From assembly GCA_036630325.1 (NCBI GenBank), contig CP142736.1, positions 62,001-126,000 on the forward strand: DNA of 64,000 nucleotides, written 5' to 3'. Below are positions 10,971 to 22,491 of this stretch, piece by piece. A program made the translations under genes and the position numbers. Source of the stretch: Vairimorpha necatrix. Taxonomy: Eukaryota. Positions within the stretch are counted from its first letter, which is position 1. Each line of letters opens with the position of its first letter. The notes under the pieces are model-generated. The model saw only the letters and a list, made by a program, of their open reading frames with translations. It made no database searches and was not told the origin of the DNA.

Positions 10971-13900
10971 CATATGATCAAATCGATATATATTTATATA
11001 ATTATGTAATGGGAATATCAAAAATTCCAAATTAATTTTTATATCTTACAATTCGTTGCATTTATTAAACGATAGAAATGTATGAATCTCACAATTAATA
11101 TTATCATATATTCACAGAACTAGGGTTTATAGTGTTAGGTATAATATATTTTTGTAAGTCAACATATTGTCTTATGAATCTTTAATATATTTGATCTATT
11201 ATCAAAATGTCAAAGATATCCAATAATTTTAAAATCGTTTTTCTAAAAAAAAGTAAAGAGGCGAAGCATCTAGAATTCATAAAAAACGAAAATTAAAGTA
11301 TAAAAATCTCTTAATATTTCATTTATGAAAATTTAAGGCAAAAAGGCACTATTTCGTTTATTATCAATGATCGTAATCAGACTTTAAGTAATAAGCAAAG
11401 ACGCAACATATTAAACCAAGATGAAAGAGGTGGTTTATATCAAAACTCGGTCGTTTTCATCTTCCAAGTTAGGCTTTATTATTGACAAAAATATAACATT
11501 ATGTATGCCAAAATCATTGACATATCACGACAACATTGTCTTGCATTAATATATCTTCAATGTAAAAATTGTTACATATACCTTCAACTTCTTGTTTGTA
11601 GCCAGATTGTTCAAAAAAATAAAATTTTTATAATCTATAACATTTCAATATTTGTTATGATGAAATACATTAATTAAAATAGTAATAATTTTGTTTAGAT
11701 TTCAAAAAAAATTGTTGAATTTAATTATAAAAAAGCAATTATTATGAGCTTTATATCGTAAAATCTGGTGGGGGTTTTAACATTTAGATTTTCATGATGA
11801 AAATTCTAGATAATATTTTTTTTAATTTTTGCACTACCTTTCAAAGCTTACCCTAAAAGTCTCGATCTCACGAATAGACATAAAGAAATAGGCGTTTGCA
11901 AATAAAATTGATACTTTCATCAGTACTAAGTTAAATGAGTTGTATTATAAATATTAATAGAACCCTTTTATTTTCATTTTTCTTCTCAGGCTTTTAGTTT
12001 TATTAAGATTATATTTGTAATATCGGTCATTTTATTATTTCATAATTTATAATAAAAAAGTCAATGTACTTTTCCATACAATAAAAATTACATATTTCTT
12101 TTTTCTTTGCAGTTTTATGATTAAAGTACATTTTGAAGATAGTGATAAAAATAATGATGTTTTAGATTATTTAAAATTCAATACAAAAATTTACGGTGTA
12201 CAGATTTATACGCTGTGTCATCTTTTTTTACCACAAATCTGATATCAATTAAATCTTTTTTTTGTAATTATGTATTAATTATGTTTTATAAAAAGATATC
12301 TTCTGCCAAATGCGTTAGATTAATGTACAAATTCTCGATTAAAACTATTTCTTACTTTATGGCACCATATTTTATTGTGAGTTTTCTCAAAATAATCAAA
12401 CGCACTGTATAACATTATATTAAAGACAAAATTTTGGATTTATGTGGAATAATTAAAAAATACTATAATAAGGACCTGTTTGTGATAAGGAAAGAGTCGA
12501 TATACGAATGTTATCATGTAACTAGAAACTTTACAATATATATAATAGACGTTTTAATTAAGAGGACGAAAAAATGATTGTAAATAAAGAGTAGTATGCT
12601 ATAGCATAGATATCATTAAAAATGATCGTTAATTGCTAACGTAATGAAAAAAGAAATAGTCGGTTGTATTAAGATCATCAACCCATTTACATTGTAATAA
12701 AAGGATAAATGAATCCTGGATCTATTTTACCATATTATTACACAAAAAAAATCATGGAAATTTAATAAAAGTAAGAATACTATAGATTTTACATTTTATC
12801 TCTTTGTGTTTTATAACCAGCTTTTAAATACTTTTCCAAATAGATCTTTTTCTGTACTAAATTATATTTAAAAAATAAAATTTAAATATATAAAAAACTT
12901 TTTTCAAAAATATAACCTTGTAAAAGGTATAAAGACAAAATACGTGATGTAAATAATAAATCCTATAAATTAAACGTGAGAGTGTCCCTTTTAATGCAAA
13001 AAAGTGGACACATGGATTAAATTATTCAACAGTAAAATACTAAATGTCATAAGTGTTTCAAATTGAAAAAAACGAATTTAGTTTCTTGACATAATATAGG
13101 TCGAAAATTTTCACCAAAAGTTTGTTTGAAAAGACGCATTTGCTTAGTTGTTAAGGCTTTAATCTTCTATAGTTAATCTTGAAATTTAAATGATAGTTGT
13201 TTATCAAATAAATATGTGAAAAAAAATTTTACGAGAACTTCCTCATTCCTGTAAAACTGCGGCAAATATAAAAATATTAAAAACTAATTTTTGATAAAGT
13301 AAAAATACTGACCTAGCAGCAACCTAGAAAATCGTATTGCTTGACAATTAAAATATCAAAGAAAATGTATGCGTAACGCGTTTCGCTTCTAAGTTCATAT
13401 ACACTTCATTAAAGGTCTTTTTCAATATGAAATAGGCAATCAAACACATTTTTTTCAGTATATAGTAATAACAAAATCTTTAAAGCAGAGCACAATCTAT
13501 ATATATTATAATCACATTAAAAGAAAAGAAGGAAATCGCAATGAAGTGGTGGTCTATGGAGACAAAGAGAGTATTAAATTGACACGTTTTAAACTATTTA
13601 AAATATAACTATATCAAAGTTGACGTTGCTCTTTAAAATATAAACAGAAACTTTTTTAGTAAATGCTGAAGACATTACATCACACTGTTTTTCTGTTCGT
13701 GTCTTTAACTTTATTTATAAAATCAAAAAATATAGGGTTGGCTTTAGTAAGGATTCAATACAGCACTGTTGTAAAATAGAAAATTCTAAATCAATAAATT
13801 ATATATTAAATTTTAAAATTGTGTTTGGGAATTACGTTTTTATTTGGAATTGCTAAAAACAATGTGACTATTGCACACACTTTCAGAAAAATATTCTGCC

Positions 13901-14824
13901 TAAAATATGTCGCGTGTAACTTAGACTTTTATAAATTAAAAGGAATTTGTCTAATATCTTCATCTTGAATTTTTTTTATGTTTTATATTTATTTTAAGAA
14001 TCTATTCATACTGTTTGTTCTAAAAAAAGTTTGGTTATTTCTTTTACAAATTATTTTATACAGAATAAATTTATTTACTAGTTTAAGAAAAATCCAAAGT
14101 TTAGTTTTTTCTGTTTTTTAATTTCTTTGAATAATTTTTTGTTTTTTGACTACTTACGACTTTAGGTAGAATATTGTCATAAAGACTTCCAATCATTGTT
14201 ATTGTGATGTTTACATTAATATTACAATTTGTTCATAAATTTTTAGATATTTTATCTTTTAATTCTTGTGATTTTGATTTGAGTAGCGCCATGTTTTTTA
14301 TGTCATAAACATGTTATCTATAATTTTTATCTGTGAAAATTTAAAAGTGTTTCAGGTGCTTATACCTTATACTATCTTTTTATTTTATTGCATAATTTCA
14401 TAAAAATTTAGTAATCTACAAAAAAAAATTTGTATTTTTGTTTATATTATGGTTTTTTTATATTCAAAAAACATGTTATTTAGATTCACGGAATAAAGAC
14501 TCTACAAAGATATAGGTGGTTTAATGTATTTAGTAGTTTTATTTTTTTAAAACAAAAATTGCGAAATTACGCGAAATTACTAGTTCTCATAATAATTTGG
14601 TTTTTCGATCATATACAATCCAAAAGAAGCACTTTTTTAATTTTTTGTTGGGTCATCATAGGAAACAGATGGAATCTTAAGCGTTCAAGTCTTTTGCATA
14701 AAAAGACTAAAAAACATATAATTAAAGGAAAAAGGGTTTCCAATTATGCAATATTATAAGTTTGATTTTATAAATAATGATAGAATTTTTTTATGGTCTC
14801 TATAGTTTAATGTTTATATTTTTA

Positions 14825-15319
14825 TTACCTTTTTAAAAATATTAAATATATCAAAATAAGAACAATTATGGCCCCACAAATGTAACAAATTGTTGTTTTG
14901 TAATCTTTTCGATTGTCAATTGTATGTCTTAAACGTATTTGTACATCGTCGATCTCTTTTTTGATCGTAGAAATATATTTTTGTGGGGTTATTTTATGTA
15001 GATGATAAGTTTTAATCTTTTCTAGATGCTTATATATGGAGGAAATTTGATTATTATCTAATTCTTGTATAAATTTTTCGACAAACTCTTCATCGTATCC
15101 ATTTAAAATACTATTTATAAAATACGATTCTATTATTGAAGGTGCGTCATAGTGAAAATATTTTTGATCGGGATTTTTTGATTTACGGAAATTTTTTGGT
15201 CCAAAATTGGGTTCTGGATAATCTACAGCACTGTTCGATACAGTGTTATCCGATTCATCCAATTCAGAAATAGTTAATCCTTTTATTATTGACAAATTTA
15301 GCAGATAAAAAAAAATCAT
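14825..15319 (-). CDS. Small protein with signal peptide and C-terminal TM anchor
   Basis: CCC directly before ATG; hydrophobic N-terminus MIFFYLLNLSII; C-terminal ICYICGAIIVLILIYLIFLKR. Confidence 0.8.
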   Translation of the reverse strand: MIFFYLLNLSIIKGLTISELDESDNTVSNSAVDYPEPNFGPKNFRKSKNPDQKYFHYDAPSIIESYFINSILNGYDEEFVEKFIQELDNNQISSIYKHLEKIKTYHLHKITPQKYISTIKKEIDDVQIRLRHTIDNRKDYKTTICYICGAIIVLILIYLIFLKR

Positions 15320-17765
15320 GGGCGAAAAAAATAAATAAAATAATCTGATTGTTTAAGAATAACATTAGAAAATATAATTTTTATAGACCGTTTAGGACTC
15401 TATGTTTTGCAATTAAAATAGCAACTTTCCTCGTTTTTAAGTCTGTATGTACATTAATAAATCACATTAACAGATGTCAAAACTATCATCTGTCGCTTAT
15501 GTCCAAAGACATGTCAACCATTTCAAGTGGCATGTCAAGACGAGCCACACAGACAAACGAAAGTTGAATGAACGTTATTACATTGTAAGTACGCCAATGT
15601 TTGTGTTTAGTGTTGGCAACAATTATAAATTAAAAATAAAATATAAAAGAAGGTCTGTCTTTAGGGTATGGAATATCAGAGAAGTCAAAACACCTTTAAT
15701 AAAGTTAATATTATTAACAATATTTTAGAAAGCTATTTTAAATATAGCAAAGTCCCGTCTATACAGGACAAAAACGAAGTTTGTTTTTTTTAACAATTTG
15801 TTAAATGATGTTTCTATTTTACTGTTGTTTAGCTTTAAAAAATAAAAATTTATGATCTAAAAGAACAAATAACAATTTTGAGAAATATACAAACGATAAA
15901 GTTGATCTAAAGACAGTTTTTCAAAGCAAGAATAAAGATATAAATTTGATTTATTTTAGTGTTTGCATTTTCTAGTAATTTCAAATATTAAATGTTTTTT
16001 GAATTTCTTTTTGGAATAGTTAGACAAATTCTTAAAAACGATTCTTATGATATTTAAAACTAAGAATTACAATATAGTTTAAGCGCTTACAACTATCTAA
16101 TATAAATTCTAAATTGAACATTTGAAAATTTTTAAATAATTAAAATTTAATATGTAGATTAGATATTTTAAGCACGTAAAAAAGGTAAAAATTAAATAAA
16201 TTTTTTTATGTATAATATATATAGCTTATGCTGTCCTTCTGTAAACATGTTTAAAAATTATATATTTTAATTTCATTTTATTTTTTTAGTTTCCGTTTTG
16301 CAACAGAAGAAACTAAAAAGGAGAAATTATGATTTACCCGTAATAAGACTTAAATCAAAAATATTATAAAATTCGATATACTAACTCTAATGTTTTTGGA
16401 ATTTTCTGAAAGGGCTAAATCGATTCTAAAAAACAATTCTGACGATTTTTGTAATTATTAACTACAAAATAATATTTAAATAGCTCCGTATTAACATATA
16501 TTATCCACCAAATCATTAAAAATTAAAGTATTAAATTTATCTTTGATATTACTTAAACGTAATAAATACTAGATGTATTGCGTGGAGATTTCTAAAACAC
16601 AAAATAGGGGTAAAATAAAATTATAATTCCTTATATTTGTGATGATGTGTATTGATATCATTACAAATATTTGAATGTAAAATATAAAAGATAACTGACA
16701 TAGAATAAATGTATTATGATCATAAATTCAGAGTAAAATCAAATACAGAAACATTACCATAAAAAAATGTCAGCGGCAGGATACGTTACATTGATAATAT
16801 AAACCAAGCCTCTTTAATGTTATATGATGTGGTTTTTACTTCATTATTTTGGTTTATCTGGTCAATTAAATTTTTTTTTTCAAGGACTTAAGTATGTTTA
16901 AAAAATTTATTGTAATCATTAAAGTACATTTTATCAATAAAAATTTTTTTAAAATATTGCTGTCATGTCTATAGGTATAAAATTTGAACTAATATGGTAT
17001 TATTCAAAATAATACTATGCTTTATTTATTTAGTAAAAAAAACCATAATATTTTAACTTGATATAAATTGTAATAGTATTGCTTAAGCTCTTTTATTAGA
17101 TAATTAACAGTTCTATATAAAGATGAAAATTTTTACTAAAATTGAAATTTTACTAAATCGACAAAATATTATCGCAGCATCACAAAGTATAATAAAGAAC
17201 AAACAATTTTTATTTTTACATTGTAATTGGAAATGAATTGATAAAGCTATATAACAATAAGAATATTTCTTTACGATCATTTGCATATATTATTGTGTTA
17301 TTTATGTTCTGTAGTATTTATTTCATGTTAAATTATTTCTAGTAGTTGTCGATAAATTTGTTTGTGTAAAGTATTTGAAATTATAAATATTTAAAGCATT
17401 TCTAAATATTTTCTTTAAAACTTTTAAAACAAGTGACAAATAATTAATATTAAATATAAATTTATTTTGATATGATAATATTAAGAACTATCTACGTGGG
17501 TATATTTATCAAATTTTATAAATTTTTTAATCTTTTTTCATAATTTTAATCCATAGACCAATTCATTAAACGTCAAAATGACTGGTTGTTATATTAAAAA
17601 AATTATTTTTCTTACCCCATAAAGATGTTGCTAATAGTACTAAAAATTTTATTTGTACTCTCTACGGATATTATATTTAATGGATTTAATTCAGAAGTCA
17701 TCAATAAACTTAACGCGGGTCATTATCTGACATTAGGAATATATGATAAGTATCGTATACATTTT

Positions 17766-18035
17766 TGTCATGTCCTCAAAACCATGACATCTGTGTTTTA
17801 CTGTGTTAAAACTTTAATCAGTAAAACACTGCCCCGAACGAATAGTCTAAGGCGGTGATCTCTAACGATCGGACATGAAACGTTATGTTTCATAAATAAA
17901 TATAAATAGTCCAAAAAAGTTAGAAGACACCGAGCATGAAGAGTAACTTTAATAACAAATCAAATAAAAAGAAATATAATACAAATATTTTAGAAATGTA
18001 TTTAAAAAACGGAGATATTACTCCAGTTCATGTCA
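17766..18035 (+). repeat. 5' LTR (270 bp)
   Basis: TGTCATG...CATGTCA, matching 20310-20579. Contains TATAAATA and the polyprotein ATG at 17936. Confidence 0.95.
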
Positions 18036-20299
18036 TTTTGAATTCAAAGACATTAAATGAACAAAACAAAAAACGAAATAACGAAGATGACTATATACAA
18101 GTCAAAATCAAAGTTCCAGACTCGGACCTGGAATTTACGAAGAAATTAAAAATAATAAAAAACATCGAAGAATTCGATTTCATTCCTTGGTTTAAGGAAT
18201 TTGAAGAAATAGCCACACAGAACAAATGGAATGCTGAACAAGGCATCATGATACTACGAAATTTAATTACTGATCGACGCCTAGAAGCGGATATTTTCAT
18301 TACAGATGCAGCAACAACCAAAAGAAACTTAATTAAACATATTTTTGAGCAAGATGCTAAAGAAATGTTGCAAGAAGCCTTTAAGGTAAAACAAATAGAT
18401 TTTCTTTTTATAGAAAACTATTATGAAAAGATTTACAACAAGATAAGTATCTATAGCGCTTATTACGAAATAAGCAAATCGGAATTTAACAGACATTTAA
18501 GCGAATGCTTTTATCAAGGGTTAGGAAGAAACTCTACGTTTGAAATAATAAAACATAACTTAGGCGAGAACGTCTTAAATGCTTATAATCACCTAAAAAA
18601 TATTGAGAAAATGATTCGAAAGAAAGCAGAAACTAAGAAAATAAACAAGGTGTCTAATGACGAGCCAGTATATCAAGAAAGAGAAGGATCATACAGTAAA
18701 AAGTTTTCAAACAAGACGAATAACCCAAGATCTTCGTATATAAATAAATGGTGTTCTATACACAAAAACACTAGCCACGACACCAAAGACTGTTATTACA
18801 ATAAAGACCGACAAAATGAAAATAAGAAGAAAGAAACAAGAGAAAATCTCAAGATAATCAAAGAACCAATAAAAGTAATAAATGGAATTGAATTAGAAGG
18901 TTCAATTGAAAAGAAAGAAACCAGATTTTTAATCGATACAGGTGCCACAAGAAATTTTATTAGTAATAAAAAGATCAAAGAATTGAAATTATCACCCATT
19001 GAAGATGTGGAAATCCAAACAAAATTTGCCAATGAGCAAAAAGAAATAACTAACAAAACAGTACTTGTTAGAATAACATTAAAGAATCTAATGAAAGAAA
19101 AATACGTAAGATTTTATATATTAAAAAACAACAGCGATGATGTAATATTAGGAAATGAATTCCTAGTCGCAAATGAAGCAGTAGTAAATTACAAAGAAGG
19201 AACAATTTATGTAGGAAGGGAGAGATTGAAATTTCTACATAACGACGAATGTTGCGAATTAGACGCAATGTTATTTGAGAAAATGAATGTGTGCAAACAG
19301 GTAGATGAATGTGCATTAAAAACAGAAAATAAAAAGAACTTTAAAAAAGATGAAAAAGAAAGAATTTATATTGACAGAAAAATGACTAAAGAATTTATTA
19401 AATTTGTCCACGAATTGTCGGGACATTGCGGGCAAGTAATCATGTATTTAAACTTAAAAAGATGGTACAACATCATAAACATTAGAACAGTGATCCGCAA
19501 GATATGCAATCAGTGTATCGTATGTAAAGAAAACAAGGATTTTAAACAGCAGAATCTAGAAAGAAATAAAATAGATAGCAGTGCACCATTTGAAATAATA
19601 AGCACAGATATTTTTGGTCCTTTTCTCCTGGAGGAGTTTGAGGGCGACTCTCTAAACCATAAGGGTTATATCTTGACCATAACCGATGTGTTTTCGAGAT
19701 TCACGAGAATTTGGTTTGGTGAGAAGTTTAGGAGTGAGGAAGTTATTATGTGTTTAAACGAATGGAGTGATGATTTTGCGAAGCCTAAAGCGCTAATTTC
19801 GGACAATGGTCCGCAATATAAAAGTAAAAAAATGAAAGATTATACTAATAAAATACAAATCGAACATCGGCTAATACCGATATATTACCCTCAAAGCAAT
19901 GGAATTTCAGAACGTATAAATCAAACAATTGCAGAAGTGCTGAGAATGAATATAGGAAAGAATATAAAACACATTATTATGCAAATTGAACATCGGATAA
20001 ATAATAATGTTAATACCACACTGGGAATTGCGCCTAGAGAAGCAATTTATAAGAATAGTTTTTATGACATTGAGAAAAGGGTTAATGTGCCATTTTTGCG
20101 AAACATACCTGCAGTTGAAGTGAACTATAAGCGACGTATCGCAGTAAATGACATTGTATACTTAAAAAATTATAGCAATAATAAACTCGAGCGGAAATAC
20201 TATGGGCCGTTTAAAGTTATGGAAATCGGTAAGAAAGGAAGTTGGGTTCGACTTAAAGACATGCCCAACTGGGTTCATATTAAACAGTTGAAGCTGTAG
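17936..20299 (+). CDS. Gag-aspartic protease-integrase polyprotein (no RT/RNase H)
   Basis: Zn-knuckle-like WCSIHKNTSHDTKDC; protease FLIDTGATRNFIS...ILGNEFL; integrase HHCC (HELSGH...CNQCIVC), D (STDIFGP), D-35-E (ISDNG...NGISE) and GPF motif. Confidence 0.93.
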   Translation: MKSNFNNKSNKKKYNTNILEMYLKNGDITPVHVILNSKTLNEQNKKRNNEDDYIQVKIKVPDSDLEFTKKLKIIKNIEEFDFIPWFKEFEEIATQNKWNAEQGIMILRNLITDRRLEADIFITDAATTKRNLIKHIFEQDAKEMLQEAFKVKQIDFLFIENYYEKIYNKISIYSAYYEISKSEFNRHLSECFYQGLGRNSTFEIIKHNLGENVLNAYNHLKNIEKMIRKKAETKKINKVSNDEPVYQEREGSYSKKFSNKTNNPRSSYINKWCSIHKNTSHDTKDCYYNKDRQNENKKKETRENLKIIKEPIKVINGIELEGSIEKKETRFLIDTGATRNFISNKKIKELKLSPIEDVEIQTKFANEQKEITNKTVLVRITLKNLMKEKYVRFYILKNNSDDVILGNEFLVANEAVVNYKEGTIYVGRERLKFLHNDECCELDAMLFEKMNVCKQVDECALKTENKKNFKKDEKERIYIDRKMTKEFIKFVHELSGHCGQVIMYLNLKRWYNIINIRTVIRKICNQCIVCKENKDFKQQNLERNKIDSSAPFEIISTDIFGPFLLEEFEGDSLNHKGYILTITDVFSRFTRIWFGEKFRSEEVIMCLNEWSDDFAKPKALISDNGPQYKSKKMKDYTNKIQIEHRLIPIYYPQSNGISERINQTIAEVLRMNIGKNIKHIIMQIEHRINNNVNTTLGIAPREAIYKNSFYDIEKRVNVPFLRNIPAVEVNYKRRIAVNDIVYLKNYSNNKLERKYYGPFKVMEIGKKGSWVRLKDMPNWVHIKQLKL

Positions 20300-20309
20300 G
20301 GGGGCAGAC

Positions 20310-20579
20310 TGTCATGTCCTCAAAACCATGACATCTGTGTTTTACTGTGTTAAAACTTTAATCAGTAAAACACTGCCCCGAACGAATAGTCTAAGGCGGT
20401 GATCTCTAACGATCGGACATGAAACGTTATGTTTCATAAATAAATATAAATAGTCCAAAAAAGTTAGAAGACACCGAGCATGAAGAGTAACTTTAATAAC
20501 AAATCAAATAAAAAGAAATATAATACAAATATTTTAGAAATGTATTTAAAAAACGGAGATATTACTCCAGTTCATGTCA
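20310..20579 (+). repeat. 3' LTR (270 bp)
   Basis: Copy of 17766-18035, preceded by the PPT. Confidence 0.95.
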
Positions 20580-22491
20580 ATTTTATTGACTATAATAGAA
20601 ATACAGAACAGTTAATTGCTAAAATAAAAACTAAACAGATTAATGCTAACAATAGAGCAAAAACATTAGGGAAAGATATTGAGATTACGAATAAATCTAG
20701 AAAAAATAAAAAATCTAGGACCGACAGAATATATGAGAAGATCTTGTATAATCCAGATCAAACAATTCTTGAATTTTCAAAAATGATTATAGACAAAATT
20801 TTTAATGATAATGGTCCAATTCTTGTTGTAATATTATTATTTATAAACAAGAACATGTTGTGGAGAATAAAAATATGAAAGAACTTATAAATATCTTAAG
20901 TAACAATACTGAATCAGATAATTTCTACTATATAATAGAGCACAACAGTAGTTTGCCATACGCATTTTCAAAAATACAAAAATACTTACAAGACAAAACT
21001 AATTATAATATGAAAATAGGAGAATATATTAAAAATAACAAATACTCTGAACAATTGAGACATTTAAAAAGTCTTGAATACGTCAATGATAAAATTTATC
21101 CACTTGACAAATTTTTTGAAAAATTTTTTATCAATTTTTTCATCGTTACAAGAAACCACTTTCATTTTTTTAAATTGGATGTCAGAAATATCAATATAGA
21201 CATATTTTTTATTAACGAAATAAAGAAAGAGTGCAAATACAATGCTGAAGAAATTAATTTATATGTTAAATTTTTTGATTTATATAATTTTTATGAAATA
21301 AGAAGAAAGAGCGATTTTAATACATCTGAAACAAAATATAAAACAAATGAGCTGATATCAATAGAATATAAAGACTACAAAGTCATATTCAATTATATGA
21401 ACTATAAAACTGTATTTGCGTCCAATGAAGATCCAAATAGATCAAAAGGCGATTATTTAATTGGTACTTACGTATTAGCAGATTTTTACAGAATAGTAGA
21501 ATATCTATTTGAGACACAAAAGAAACAATTTGTTGGACTAGAATTTTTTTTCCAATTAATGAAGGAGAATGATAAAGTAAAATATATCATAAATAGAATC
21601 TTAAACAAAAAAGATTCTGCAATAGGAATTATTTTTTCTCATATCTTTTTTAAAAGCAGTTTATTAGATAGAACAGAAATAGAAGATTTCAATATTTATG
21701 GCTTAGATATAATTAAAATAATAGAAGATTTTATTACCAACACTAGAAACGAGACTACTCTCCTGATGAAACATTGTCTGTTTATTGAAACAGCCGAGAT
21801 AATAAATGATAATGCTTTTTTAGAAGATTCAATATTTAAAATTATAAAGAATTTGTCAGGACAAGAATCCAGCCATAATGCGATACTTGATTTAATGAAA
21901 TTATTTGAAGATTTAGAAAAAAAGAAAAAATTTTATTGATAAAACACAAAGAAAATTTTTAAGAAAGTTAAGAAACATTGAAAAGATTTATTCTAGCAAA
22001 TTTATAGACCTAAGCAGTAAAGAAATGAATGATAATATAAAGATAGTTAAATATATAAAAAAGTCATTAAGTAATCATAAATCTAATAAGTATTAAACAA
22101 TATTAATAAACAAATTATTACTTTTAAAGTTCAATAAAAATTTTATTTTATAAAAATTATAATTATATTAATCAAGAAATTATTACTCTGAGTGATCAAA
22201 ATTTTAAACAGATTTTCACTTTAAAAAATCAAATTATTATTTTTAAAAAACTGCACCACTTACATGCAATGTAACTAAAGCTTAAAGCGTGTAAATGCAA
22301 ATATATATAAGAAAATATTTTTAAAATGATTTTAGAAATCTTGACGATGGACTCTCGCCTAAGCACGGAAGCTAAATAATACGAAGAAGATATAAGCAAT
22401 TATTAAAGTGGCTTCTATAAATAAATTCATAACTCAATACAATATATAAAATTTTAAAAAACCAATTTTAATTTTTTATAAAATTAATATT

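Larger units (their letters stand above)
17766..20579 (+). mobile_element. Ty3/Gypsy-like LTR retroelement lacking RT/RNase H
   Basis: Two 270-bp TG...CA LTRs that look identical by eye; 5-bp TSD ATTTT (17761-17765, 20580-20584); purine-rich PPT at 20298-20309. Confidence 0.95.
17625..22096 (+). pseudogene. Family A copy 2, interrupted by an LTR element and two further frameshifts
   Basis: Signal-peptide start MLLIVLKILFVLS after CCCC. Removing the element and one TSD rejoins YRIHF|IDYNRNTE in frame. Frameshifts lie at ~20812-20878 and ~21917-21939 (A-runs), and the shifted frame stays open to TAA at 22096. Carries family motifs RILNKKDSAIGIIF and CLFIETAEIIN. Confidence 0.8.

Noticed and set aside
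11380-13900. Possible Tc1/Merlin relics (also 56060-57400 and 59300-59640)
   Set aside because: Slightly GC-richer patches with only 3-5-residue motif hints; no termini or TSDs to support a call.
17825-17880. Pistol/twister/hammerhead ribozyme in the LTR
   Set aside because: Only superficial word similarity; the required core and pseudoknot layout could not be built. An Infernal search would settle it.
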